Shown: positions 9,769 to 20,993 of the stretch, piece after piece
Layout of the letters: each line of letters starts with the position of its first letter
How positions within the stretch are numbered: the stretch's first letter is position 1
Assembly: GCA_963847285.1 (NCBI GenBank)
Contig: CAWJZK010000016.1
Location: 6,356 to 70,355 of the forward strand
From: an uncultured Actinomycetota bacterium
GTDB taxonomy: Bacteria; Actinomycetota; Actinomycetes; Actinomycetales; Microbacteriaceae
DNA length: 64,000 bases
Direction: 5' to 3'
Notes under the pieces: model-generated
The model's database searches: none
The model's input: only the letters and a program-made list of their open reading frames with translations
Told to the model about the DNA's origin: nothing
Made by a program: the position numbers and the translations under genes

Positions 9769-9845
9769 ACGCAATCCTAACGGGCGGGCCTTCGGCGGGC
9801 TCGGCGTGCGACAGCGCGCCGTGCGCGTCGACGTACCATGGCGTC

Positions 9846-10551
9846 ATGGTCGACGTCGAGACGGGCACGCACGAGGGACTCACCGAACTGGTCGCGATGG
9901 TTGCGCGATTGCGAGCGCCGGGCGGATGCCCCTGGGACGCCGAGCAGACCCACGAGAGCCTCGTGCAGTACCTCGTCGAGGAGAGCTGGGAGCTCATCGA
10001 CGCGATCGAGTCGGGCAGTCGTGAAGAGATGATCGAGGAGCTCGGCGACGTGCTCTACCAGGTGCTCTTCCACGCCGACCTCGCGGCGCACACCCCCGGC
10101 GAGGACTTCGACATCGACGACGTCGCCCGGCATATGACGGCGAAGATGGTGTCGCGGCATCCGCACGTCTTCGGCGACCGCGAGGCCGCGACCGCGGCCG
10201 ATGTCGTCGCCTTCTGGGACGACCTCAAGGCCGACGAGAAGCCGCACCGCACGAGCGTGCTCGACGGGATCCCGCGCGGCATGCCGGCGCTCGCGCTCGC
10301 GCAGAAGGTGCTCGGCAAGGCCGAGAAGGTGGGCGTCACGGTGACGGATGCCGCGGTGACGGATGCCGCGGAGGCATCGCCATCGGCGCCCGCGCCTCCG
10401 CCCGCCGACGACCGAGGACGAGCTCGGTCGCGTGCTGCTCGGACTCGTGGCATCCGCTCGCTCGCAGGGACTCGACGCCGAACGCGCGCTTCGCACCGCG
10501 GTGCGCGCCTTCGAAGACGACGTGCGTGCGGCGGAGCAGCGCGGCGAGTAG
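9846..10551 (+). CDS. mazG: MazG nucleoside triphosphate pyrophosphohydrolase; frameshift near 10405
   Basis: LRAPGGCPWDAEQTHESL, EELGDVLYQV, RHPHVFG; C-terminal EDELGRVLL...GLDAERALR lies in another frame ending at 10551. Confidence 0.9.
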
Positions 10552-10565
10552 CGCTCGCTCGCCCG

Positions 10566-11649
10566 CTACGCCACGCGGCTGCCGACGGGGAGGCGCTTGG
10601 CCGGCACATCCGTGCGTCGCCACGCCCAGAGAACGGCGCCGGCCGCGAGCAGCACGTGGATGGCGAGGCCGACGAACCACGACGGCACCGAGCTGTCGTA
10701 GATCTCCTGCGGCGTCTCGTAGTCGGGTTGCACCGATGCGCCCTGCGGCGTCCACGTCGCGCAGTCGTCGACGACCGACGAGAGCTCGGGCGGGTGCTGC
10801 GCGGAGCGGACCCCCACCGCGATCCAGCCGAAGAGGTCGCGCGGGTTGCCGTTCGCGTCGAACGAGCCGGGCGCGGCATCCGCGACGACGACGTAGGGGT
10901 TCGCGGCGAGGAAGCCCCACACGTGGTCGAACCTCGGGGTCTGATACTCGTACGTCTCGGTCGGCAGGCATGGCACCGGGCCGTCATCGAGCGGCACGCC
11001 GTTCTCGTCGAGTCGGTTCCAGTCGACGCCGGTGTACGTCTGCGTGACCGTCGACTGCATTGCCGCGCCGCCGAGCCCGAAGGCGATGAGCGTGCCGAGG
11101 CTGAGCGCCGCGACGACGAGATAGGTGACCGTCACCGAGAACAGCGGGCGGGTGAGCACCCCCGACAGCCCCACCCCGATCGCCGCGATGACGCCGAGCT
11201 CGAGGGCGAGCACGAGCGTCGAGATCGCGATCGTCGCGGCGGGAACCTGCCCGAGCACGACGGCGAAGACGAGGAAGGGCACCGCCGCAACGAGGAAGGC
11301 GAGCGCGGTGAGCCACGCAGCGACCCACTTGCCGATCACGAGCTGGGCCGTCGAGATGAGCGTGACCTGCGTCGTCGCCAGCGTGCCGGCATCGCGCTCG
11401 CCGTTGATCGCGTTCCCGCTCAAGGCCGGCGAGACGAGCGTGCGCGAGGAGCAGCACGAAGAACACGATCGTCGAGAACACGCCGCCGCCGCCGTCGTCC
11501 CATGCGTTCGTCGCGAGCACGAGCAGCACGGTCACGATGAGCACGAGCACCACGAACACGCCGAGCAGCACGTACCAGGCGGCGCCGCGCACCCGCTGCT
11601 TGAGGTCGAGGGTGACGATGAGCCACATGCCCGGGAGGAATCCGCTCAT
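10566..11649 (-). CDS. ABC-2 type transporter permease; frameshift near 11443
   Basis: Hydrophobic helices, AINGERDAGTLATTQVT, GKWVAAW; N-terminus MSGFLPGMWLIVTLDLKQRVRG in a different frame. Confidence 0.82.
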
Positions 11650-12618
11650 GCGTCGTCGCCCCGTTCGATCGGCGCGGCCGGATCGGGATGGGATGCCGCG
11701 GGCGGCGGTCCGTTCCGGTTGAGGTCGAGGAACACGTGCTCGAGGTCGCCGACGGCCGGGGCGAACGTCGACACCGGCACGCCGACGCCGACGAGGTGGG
11801 CGAGCAGCTGCGCGGCGTCCGACTCCGCGGCGAGCGGCACCACCGCGCCGAGGTTGTCGATCGTGGCCACCTGCCCGTAGCCCGGCGGCCTCGAGCGCCG
11901 CCGTGAGGCGCGGCGCGTCGAGCGAGCGGATGCGCCAGCCCCGCACGCTCCGCCCGGCACGCGCGATCTCGTCGGCCGCCGCGGTGACCCCGCCCGCGAG
12001 GTAGACGGCGGAGTCGGCCATCTCCTCGAGCTCGGCGAGCACGTGGCTCGAGACGAGCAGTGTCTTGCCCTCGCCCGCGAGCCGTCGCACGAGCTCGCGC
12101 AGCGACGCCCGCGCCGCGGGGTCGAGCCCCGATGCCGGCTCGTCGAGCAGCAGGACCTGGGGGTCGTGAACGAGTGCCCGAGCGAGGCTCAGTCGCTGCT
12201 TCTGCCCGCGGGAGAGCACCCGCGTCGGCCGATCGGCGAGGTCGGTGAGATCGACGAGCGCGATGAGCTCCGCGGCGCGTGCGGACGCGGCATCCGCCGT
12301 CATCCCGTACATGCGGCCGCTCGTGATGAGTGCGGCTCGCACGGTGAGGGTCGGCCACGAGCCGAGCGCGTCGGGCATCCAGCCGATGAGGCGTCGTACC
12401 TCGCGAGGATCTGTCACGGGGTCGTGCCCGGCGATGCGGATCGAGCCCGCATCGGGTGCCAGCAACGTCGCGAGCATGAGCAGCAGCGTCGTCTTGCCCG
12501 CGCCGTTCGGCCCGATGAGGCCCGCGACCCGGCCGGGTTCGACGGTGAAGCTCGCGTTCCGCACAGCGTGAACGTCGCCGAAGGCCCGGGCGACGCCCTC
12601 GACCGTGATACCGCCCAC
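11646..12618 (-). CDS. ABC transporter ATP-binding protein; frameshift near 11885
   Basis: GPNGAGKTT, LSRGQKQR, LLLDEPASGLD, SSHVL; tail DLEHVFLDL in second frame. Confidence 0.88.
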
Positions 12619-12697
12619 CGTGCCTCCTGTCGCCGTCGCTCGAGTCTAGGGGTGCGATGTCATCGGAGGCGAGGCGTCGGCGCGCCCGCGCGGGAGC

Positions 12698-13174
12698 GTG
12701 ACGGATGCCTCCTGGTCGGCGTACCTTCAGGGCATGGGCATCGAGGAGGAGCGGCTCGCCGAGTTCTTCGACGCCTACGCCGACGCCCTCCGCGACTTCG
12801 ACGCCGACGCCACGGCGAGGCTCTGGGGGCTGCCCGGCATGATCGTCACCGACGACTTCGCGGGCGCACTCGAGAGCCGGGCGGACATGGCGGCGGCCCT
12901 TTCGTCGTCGTACCCGGTCTACCGCCGGCTCGGGCTGGAGTCGGCGGTTCCCGAGCTCCTCGCGGTGCACGCCCTCACCGACCGCATCTCGAACGTGCGG
13001 GTTCGCTGGAGCTACCTCGACGGCGCCGACGAGCGCATCGTGACGAGCGACTACGAGTACCTCCTGCGCGACGACGCCGACGGGCTGCACGTCTACCTCG
13101 CCGTCGGCATCGACGAGGCGGACGCGCTTCGGCGTGCCGCGGCGATCCGCGGCGTCGACCTCGATCACGGCTGA
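12698..13174 (+). CDS. Hypothetical protein, NTF2/SnoaL-like fold
   Basis: FFDAYADAL...LWGLPGMIV...VRVRWSYLD pattern; coding-like codon usage. Confidence 0.6.
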   Translation: MTDASWSAYLQGMGIEEERLAEFFDAYADALRDFDADATARLWGLPGMIVTDDFAGALESRADMAAALSSSYPVYRRLGLESAVPELLAVHALTDRISNVRVRWSYLDGADERIVTSDYEYLLRDDADGLHVYLAVGIDEADALRRAAAIRGVDLDHG

Positions 13175-13215
13175 GCAGCGGCTCGGGCACGGCTGAGCAG
13201 CGGCCCGGGCACGGC
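13166..13215 (+). repeat. 22-bp tandem repeat (2.3 copies)
   Basis: cacggctgagcagcggctcggg / cacggctgagcagcggcccggg / cacggc. Confidence 0.85.
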
Positions 13216-13253
13216 GGCCACGGTCTCCGCCCGCGTGCTGGAGAATGGTCGGC

Positions 13254-14516
13254 ATGGCCGCATCCGTCACCCCACCGCGCGGCATGCGCGACTTCCTCCC
13301 CGCCGAGAAGGCCAGGCGCGAGCACGCGCTCGGCGTGATCCGCGGCGTGTATGCGGCGCACGGCTTCGACGAGATCGAGACACCCGTGATGGAGGACTCG
13401 TCGCGACTGCACGCCGGCATCGGCGGCGACAACGAGAAGCTCGCCTTCGCGGTCATGAAGCGCGGCCTCACGCACGACGACCTGGCGGCGGCCGCGGCAT
13501 CCGGCGATGCCCTCTCGCTTGCCGACCTGGGGCTGCGCTACGACCTCACGGTGCCGCTCGCGCGGTTCTACGCCACGCACCGCGCGGTGCTGCCGCCGGT
13601 GTTCCGCGCGATCCAGATCGCGCCGGTGTGGCGCGCCGAGCGACCGCAGAAGGGCCGCTACCGCCAGTTCGTGCAATGCGACATCGACATCATCGGCGAG
13701 GCCGGGCCGCTCGCCGAGCTCGAGCTGCTCACCGCGACCGTCGCAGCGCTCGATGCGCTCGGCCTCGGCGGCTGCACGATCCGCATCAACGACCGGCGCA
13801 TCCTCGCCGGCATCCTCGGTTCGTGGGGCGTCGACGACGCGGTTCGCGAGCGGGCCCTCATCGTCATCGACAAGCTCGACAAGATCGGCATCGGGGGAGT
13901 GGCGGCCGAGCTGCTCGACCTCGGCGTCGCGCGAGCGGATGTCGCGGCGGAGCTCGAGGCGCTCACGGCCGCCGACTGGCACCTGCACGACGGCGTGGTC
14001 GCGCCGCCCGCGTGGCTCGACCTCGACGCGTATGCCGACCTCCTCGCGCTCCGCGAGGCGCTGCCCGGCGCCGCGATCGAGTTCGACCCCACGCTCGTGC
14101 GCGGCATGGGCTACTACACCGGCACGATCTTCGAGATCGCGCACCCCGACCTCGCGTATTCGCTCGGCGGTGGCGGCCGATACGACCACATGATCGGGCG
14201 CTTCCTCGGGCAGGAGGTGCCGGCGTGCGGATTCTCGCTCGGCTTCGAGCGCATCGTCGACCTGCTCGCCGTGCGCGACGAGGGGCGGCCGCGCTCGGTG
14301 GTGCTCCTGTACGACGCGGATGCCCCGGCGTCGACCCTCCTCGCGCTGAAGCACGAGCTCGTGGCATCCGGAACCCGCGTGCGCTTCGAGCGGCGGGTGA
14401 AGAACCAGCGCGCCCTGCTCGACCGCGTCACCGCCGACGGTTTCGACGCCTTCGCGACGGTGACGCCCGAGACGACGGATGCCGCGTCGCTCGCGTTCCG
14501 CGACCTCACCGCCTGA
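13254..14516 (+). CDS. hisS: Histidine--tRNA ligase
   Basis: PRGMRDF, LRYDLTVPLAR, WRAERPQKGRYRQFVQCDID, LVRGMGYYTG, GGGRYD, GFSLGFERI plus a C-terminal anticodon-binding domain. Confidence 0.93.
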   Translation: MAASVTPPRGMRDFLPAEKARREHALGVIRGVYAAHGFDEIETPVMEDSSRLHAGIGGDNEKLAFAVMKRGLTHDDLAAAAASGDALSLADLGLRYDLTVPLARFYATHRAVLPPVFRAIQIAPVWRAERPQKGRYRQFVQCDIDIIGEAGPLAELELLTATVAALDALGLGGCTIRINDRRILAGILGSWGVDDAVRERALIVIDKLDKIGIGGVAAELLDLGVARADVAAELEALTAADWHLHDGVVAPPAWLDLDAYADLLALREALPGAAIEFDPTLVRGMGYYTGTIFEIAHPDLAYSLGGGGRYDHMIGRFLGQEVPACGFSLGFERIVDLLAVRDEGRPRSVVLLYDADAPASTLLALKHELVASGTRVRFERRVKNQRALLDRVTADGFDAFATVTPETTDAASLAFRDLTA

Positions 14517-14570
14517 CCGGCGTCGCGGCAGCAGCGTCACCGTGCTTGCGCCACCGTCTCCCGCATCCGG

Positions 14571-14655
14571 TTCGTAGGACATCGCCGCGGCTCGCACGAT
14601 TCGTAGGACGTTTGTGCCCCGAATCGTCCTCCGAACGTGCTGCATGTCCTACGAA
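14571..14655. repeat. Nested inverted repeat built from four TTCGTAGGAC-like units (REPIN-like)
   Basis: Outer TTCGTAGGACAT (14571-82) / ATGTCCTACGAA (14644-55) perfect; inner TTCGTAGGACG (14600-10) / CGTCCTCCGAA (14625-35). Confidence 0.85.
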
Positions 14656-14706
14656 GGAAACGGCGGCTGAGGACCAGTCGGCGCGTCACTAGACTGGCTG
14701 GGACAC

Positions 14707-14990
14707 TCACCCGGCTCGTTCTCGTCGAGCACGGTTTCCCCGAGCCGGTGCTCAACGATCCGACTCGGGTGGGAAGCGGCGAGATCCGTCCATCCAGACA
14801 TGAAGTGGCCCGAGTGGCGGATCCTGCTCGAGTACGAGGGCGACGGGCATCGCACCGATCGCGCGGCTTGGCAGCGGGACATCCGGCGCAAGCGCGATTT
14901 CGAGGCGGCGGGATGGGTCGTGATCCGAGTGACGTCGGATGACCTGTTCGTCGACCGGGCGGCGATTCATCGCGCGGGTTCGCGAGTTCG
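14707..14990 (+). pseudogene. Remnant of a DUF559/Vsr-like PD-(D/E)xK endonuclease domain gene
   Basis: TRLVLVEHGFPEPVLN, then after a frameshift DMKWPEWRILLEYEGDGHRTDRAAWQRDIRRKRDFEAAGWVVIRVTSDDL; N-terminus missing. Confidence 0.75.
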
Positions 14991-15059
14991 TCGCGATCGC
15001 CGAGGCGCGCGCACGACACAGGTGAGTCGCGTCCACGCATCGGACAGTCGGCCAGTCGC

Positions 15060-15116
15060 CGAGAAGTCGCAGATGGTGACGCCGTAGCCGACGCACCCAC
15101 CATCCGCGACTTCTCG
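15060..15116. repeat. 19-bp inverted repeat downstream of the nuclease remnant
   Basis: CGAGAAGTCGCAGATGGTG / CACCATCCGCGACTTCTCG, one mismatch. Confidence 0.85.
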
Positions 15117-15208
15117 ACATTCAATCGGGCGAGCATGTCGCGGGGTGGCCTGGCGACCACGGCGGACATGCCGTGGCGGAGCGCGCGTCGTGAGCGTTAT
15201 TAGACTGA

Positions 15209-16546
<1,338 letters not shown>

Positions 16547-16560
16547 ACGCAGTTCGACAG

Positions 16561-16600
16561 AGCGACGGGGGCGGCCGGGTGGTCGCCCCCGTCGCTGTTT
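16561..16600 (+). terminator. Intrinsic terminator after eno
   Basis: AGCGACGGGGGCGGCC-loop-GGTCGCCCCCGTCGCT followed by GTTT. Confidence 0.75.
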
Positions 16601-16623
16601 CCCGGGTGGGCGAGGAGGGGGCG

Positions 16624-17521
16624 ATGAACGACGATTCCCCGCGTTCCGGCCGCCCCGCCCGTCGTCCCGCGGTTCCCACGGGACCTGCGCGAGCACGCAA
16701 GCCGCCGAAGCCCGCGGAAGCTGCTGGAGCCGCGAAGCCGCCGAAGCCCGCGGGTGCTGCTGGAGCCGCGAAACCGCCGAAGCCCGCGGGCGCTGCCGGA
16801 GCCGCGAAGGGGTCGAAGCCCGCAGGAGGTGCGGGAGCCAGCGAAGCCCGCGGCCGCGGGAGCCGCGAAGCCCGCAGGAGCGCGGCCGGAAGCCGCCGCA
16901 GGAGCCGCGAAGCCGCCGAAGCCGTCGAAACCCGCGGGAGCTGCTGGAGCCACGAAGTCGTCGAAGCCGTCCAAGCCCGCGCGAGCTGCCCGAGCCACGA
17001 AGCCGGCGAAGCCCGCTGGCCAGAGCGCTGTGGCTCGCGCCGGGTGGCTGAGCGGCATCCGATTCTCAGGTTTCTCGCTCATCATGATGGGAGTGCTCGT
17101 GCTCGCCGTGGTGGTGCTCGCACCGACGATCGCGGCGTTCGCGCAGCAACGGCAGCAGATCGCTGAGCTCCGCGCCGCGGTCTCAGCACAGGAGGATGAG
17201 GTGCAGCGCCTCCGCGACGAGCGGGAACGATGGAATGACGAGACGTTCATCGTCACCCAGGCGCGCGAGCGTCTCTACTACGTGATGCCGGGCGAGGTGA
17301 GCTACCTCGTCATCGACGACCGATCGGAGGCGGCGAAGGCGGATGCCGCGACCGAGGTCTCGGCCGAAGTGACCGAATCGAAGGGCGATTGGATGCGCAC
17401 CCTGCTCGACTCCGTGATGATCGCGGGGCTCGCACCCGAGGCCGCGGCGCCGGCCGGCGCACCCGCACCCGCGCCTGCACCCGCCGAGACGCCCGCCCCC
17501 GCAGACGGAGGCGCCGGATGA
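16624..17521 (+). CDS. ftsB: Septum formation initiator (FtsB/DivIC family) with a long Ala/Lys/Pro repeat N-terminus; frameshift near 16840
   Basis: One TM helix, coiled coil QQRQQIAELRAAV, QARERLYYVMPGE; conserved eno-ftsB-DUF501 order. Confidence 0.85.
16700..17015 (+). repeat. Degenerate coding tandem repeat (about 36 bp, AAKPPKPAGAAG) in the ftsB 5' region
   Basis: Recurring gccgcgaagccgccgaagcccgcggg...gga units. Confidence 0.85.
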
Positions 17522-18121
17522 CCCGCCCGCCCTTCGAGCCCGTGAGCGAGCGGGACATCCGCATCGTCTCGGCACAGCTCGGCCGCCCCGCTCGCGACGT
17601 CGTCGGCATCCCGGCGCGCTGCGCGTGCGGTGCGCCCACGGTCGTGGCGACGGCCCCGCGCCTGTCCGACGGCACGCCGTTCCCCACGTTCTACTACCTG
17701 ACGCATCCGGTCGCGACGGCGGCGATGTCGTTCCTCGAGGCCGCGCAGCTCATGGTCGAGTGCACCGAGCTGCTCGCGAGCGACCCGCCGGTCGCGGCCG
17801 CCTACGAGCGCGCCCACCGCGACTACCTCGCCGATCGCGAGTCCATTGCGGTCGTCCCCGAGCTCGCCGGCATCTCGGCCGGAGGAATGCCGACCCGAGT
17901 CAAGTGCCTGCATGCCCTCGCGGCGCACGCGCTCGCCGCGGGCCCGGGCGCGAACCCCATCGGCGACATCGCCCTCGAGCGCTCGGCGTGGACGCCCACG
18001 GTGTGCCAGTGCCCCGACTACGGCGTCGACGACGTCAGCGACGCGCGACGACCGCGACGGCCGCGACGGCGCGGCTCCTGCAGGGAACGGTGCGGATGCT
18101 CCGGGGGTGACGCCCGTATGA
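17518..18121 (+). CDS. DUF501 family protein; probable frameshift in the low-complexity tail (about 18040)
   Basis: QLGRPARDV, PRLSDGTPFPTFYYLTHP, SAGGMPTRVKCLHAL; ATGA overlap with the next gene at 18118-18121. Confidence 0.88.
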
Positions 18122-19405
18122 CCCGCTCCGCCCGCCGCCCGCTCGCGACGATCGCGAAGGCCGCCGCCGCGGCGGTCGCGGCGACGCTCCTCGCGCTCGT
18201 CGGCGCGCAGCCGGCTCACGCCGACACGGTGCGCGACCACGAGTACTGGCTCGCCGACTACGGATTCACGAACGCGTGGACCACTTCCCGCGGCGAAGGT
18301 GTCACCGTCGCCGATCATCGACACGGGCGTGAACGGCAACGTCCCCGAGCTCAAGGGCGTGGTGAAGGGCGGCACGGATGTCTCGGGCCTCGGCACACCC
18401 GACGGCCAGACCCCCGTCGGCGAGGAGAGCGCGCACGGCACGATGGTCGCCTCCCTGCTCGCCGGCCGCGGAACGGGCGAGGGCAACGGCGTGATCGGCG
18501 TCGCGCCGGCAGCCGACATCCTCACCGTCTCGGTCGCATTCGGCCAGGAAACCGGATCGGCGAAGTCGAACGACGACCAGATCGCCGAAGCCGTTCGCTG
18601 GTCGGTCGACAACGGCGCCGACGTCATCAACATGTCGCTCACCCGCAACACGCGGGACTGGCCCGAAAGCTGGGACGACGCCTTCATGTACGCCTACGAG
18701 AACGATGTCGTCGTCGTCGCGGCTGCCGGCAACCGGGGCGGCGGCACGAGCGAGGTCGGTGCGCCGGCGACCATCCCCGGCGTACTGACCGTCGCGGGCG
18801 TCGACAAGGAGAAGAACGCGAGTTTCGATGCGAGCTCGCAGGGGATCACGATCGGCGTGTCCGCGCCGAGCGAGGACCTCGTCGGAGTCCTGCCCGACGG
18901 CACGACGTATGTGCTGTGGGACGGTACGAGCGGCGCCGCTCCGCTCGTCTCGGGACTTGTCGCGCTCGTGCGGTCGGAATACCCCGACCTCGATGCGGCG
19001 AACGTGATCGAGCGGGTCATCCGCACCGCCGATCCCCGCGGCGACGACGTGCCGAGCCCGCTCTACGGGTACGGGCTCATCGACCCGGTCGCGGCGCTCA
19101 GCGCGGACGTGCCCGAGATCGATCCGGACACCCTCGTCGACGGACTCGCCGAGTGGATCACCCTGCACCGGCGAGCGGATGCCTCGTCGCCCGAGACCAG
19201 CACCGACGAACCCGAGATCGTGCCGATCGCCGATCCGCCGCTGCCGCGCTCCGACGCGGCGCAGACCCTGCTGCCCACGCCGTGGACGCTCGCGTATGTC
19301 ACGGTGCCGCTCTCGCTCGTCGCGGGATTTGGTACGCTAGCAGCGCTGTTGGGCATCGGCGCCGCTCGGCATAACAGGCGGATTGTCCGCACTCGCGATC
19401 AGTGA
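18118..19405 (+). CDS. Secreted, membrane-anchored S8 subtilisin-like (mycosin-like) serine peptidase; frameshift near 18312
   Basis: Signal peptide ending AQPAHA, IIDTGV, HGTMVASL, AAAGN, GTSGAAP, YGYGLIDP, C-terminal TM helix. Confidence 0.88.
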
Positions 19406-19439
19406 TCGCATGCACCAGATGACGAGGAGTCCATTCACC

Positions 19440-20885
19440 GTGCCCAAGATTCTCATTGTCGGCGGTGGCTATGCGGGGTTCTACACGGCGTGGAAGCTCG
19501 AGAAGTGGCTGCGCCCCGGCGAGGCCGAGGTGACGATCGTCGACCCGCTCCCGTACATGACCTACCAGCCGTTCCTTCCCGAGGTCGCCGCGGGTTCGAT
19601 CGAACCGCGCCACTCGGTCGTCGCCCATCGCCGGCACCTGAAGAAGACCAACGTCGTCACGGCGAAGGTCACGCGCATCGACCACGCGTCGAAGACCGCG
19701 ACGATCACCCCTGAGCTCGGTGAGCCGTGGCAGTTCGACTACGACGTGGTCGTCGTCACGGGCGGCGCGGTCTCGCGCACCTTCCCGATCCCGGGCATCG
19801 CCGAGAACGCGATCGGCCTGAAGGCGATCGAAGAGGCCGTGGCGATCCGCGACCGCGTGCTCACGAACTTCGACCGCGCGTCGAACCTCCCGCCGGGCCC
19901 CGAGCGCGAGCGCCTGCTCACGTTCGTCGTGGTGGGCGGCGGCTTCGCCGGCATCGAGATCTTCGCCGAGCTCCGCTCCTTCGCGAGCTCTCTGCTCGAG
20001 TACTACCCGCAGCTCACCTTCGATGAGACGCACTTCCACCTCATCGAGGCGATGGGCCGCATCATGCCCGAGGTGTCGCTCGAGACCAGCTACTGGGTCA
20101 TCAAGCACCTCGCCCAGCGCGGCGCCGAGATCCACCTCGACACGCAGCTCACGAGCGCCGTCGACGGCATCATCGAGCTGTCGACGGGCGAGACCTTCGA
20201 ATCCGACCTCATCGTCTGGACGGCCGGCGTCATGGCCAATCCCGCGATCGTGCGCTCGAGCGACCTTCCCGTCGAGGAGCGCGGCCGCCTGCAGACCCGC
20301 GCCGACCTCCGCATCGGCGACGAAGACGACTGGGTGCCGGACGCCTGGGCGGCGGGCGACATCGCCGCAGTGCCCGACCTCACGGGTAACGGCATCGGCG
20401 GCTACTGCGTGCCGAACGCCCAGCACGCCGTGCGGCAGGGCAAGCTCCTCGCGAAGAACATCGTCGCGGTGCTCCGCGGCGAGGAGCCCAAGGAGTACTT
20501 CCACAAGAACATGGGCGCCGTCGCCGGTCTCGGCATCGGCTCGGGCGTCTTCCAGTCGGGCAACCTCGCACTGAAGGGCCTCATCGCCTGGTTCGCCCAC
20601 CGGGGCTACCACGGCCTCGCGATCCCGAGTTGGGAGCGCAAGTTCCGGGTGTTCTGGGGCTGGTGGAACAACTTCTGGCTCGGCCGCGACATCGTCTCGC
20701 TCGCTGCGCTGCAGCAGCCGCGCGCCCTGTTCGAGCAGTTCGCCGCACGCCCGAAGCCTCCGGCGGAGGCGGCACCGAAGCCGGCGGTCGCTGCTCCGGC
20801 AGCGGCGAAGGATGCCGCGTCGGATCCCAAGGCGAAGGCCGCGCCCGGCGCGAAGGCCGACGCGCAGCCCGTCGCCGCGAAGTAG
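19440..20885 (+). CDS. ndh: Type II NADH dehydrogenase-like FAD oxidoreductase
   Basis: ILIVGGGYAG, YQPFLPEVAAG, VVVGGGFAGIE, VWTAGV, WAAGDIA, PNAQHAVRQG. Confidence 0.85.
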   Translation: MPKILIVGGGYAGFYTAWKLEKWLRPGEAEVTIVDPLPYMTYQPFLPEVAAGSIEPRHSVVAHRRHLKKTNVVTAKVTRIDHASKTATITPELGEPWQFDYDVVVVTGGAVSRTFPIPGIAENAIGLKAIEEAVAIRDRVLTNFDRASNLPPGPERERLLTFVVVGGGFAGIEIFAELRSFASSLLEYYPQLTFDETHFHLIEAMGRIMPEVSLETSYWVIKHLAQRGAEIHLDTQLTSAVDGIIELSTGETFESDLIVWTAGVMANPAIVRSSDLPVEERGRLQTRADLRIGDEDDWVPDAWAAGDIAAVPDLTGNGIGGYCVPNAQHAVRQGKLLAKNIVAVLRGEEPKEYFHKNMGAVAGLGIGSGVFQSGNLALKGLIAWFAHRGYHGLAIPSWERKFRVFWGWWNNFWLGRDIVSLAALQQPRALFEQFAARPKPPAEAAPKPAVAAPAAAKDAASDPKAKAAPGAKADAQPVAAK

Positions 20886-20919
20886 TGTGGGTCGCGGCGC
20901 AGCCTGAGTGCCGCGCCGC

Positions 20920-20993
20920 GCTCCCGTAGCCCAACCGGTAGAGGCAGGCGACTTAAACTCGCCCGAGTCTGGGTTCGAATCCCAGCGGGAGCA
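20920..20993 (+). tRNA. tRNA-Leu(UAA), 74 nt, short variable loop
   Basis: Acceptor GCTCCCG/CGGGAGC+A; anticodon arm GGCGA-CT TAA AC-TCGCC; T arm CTGGG-TTCGAAT-CCCAG. Confidence 0.95.

Noticed and set aside
13254-14516. HisZ (ATP phosphoribosyltransferase regulatory subunit) instead of HisRS
   Set aside because: Intact class II motifs, RGMGYY loop and a C-terminal anticodon-binding domain; no hisG nearby.
17389-19374. Apparent DUF501-peptidase fusion ORF (661 aa)
   Set aside because: ATGA overlap at 18118-18121 and a signal peptide at the internal Met indicate two genes joined by an indel.
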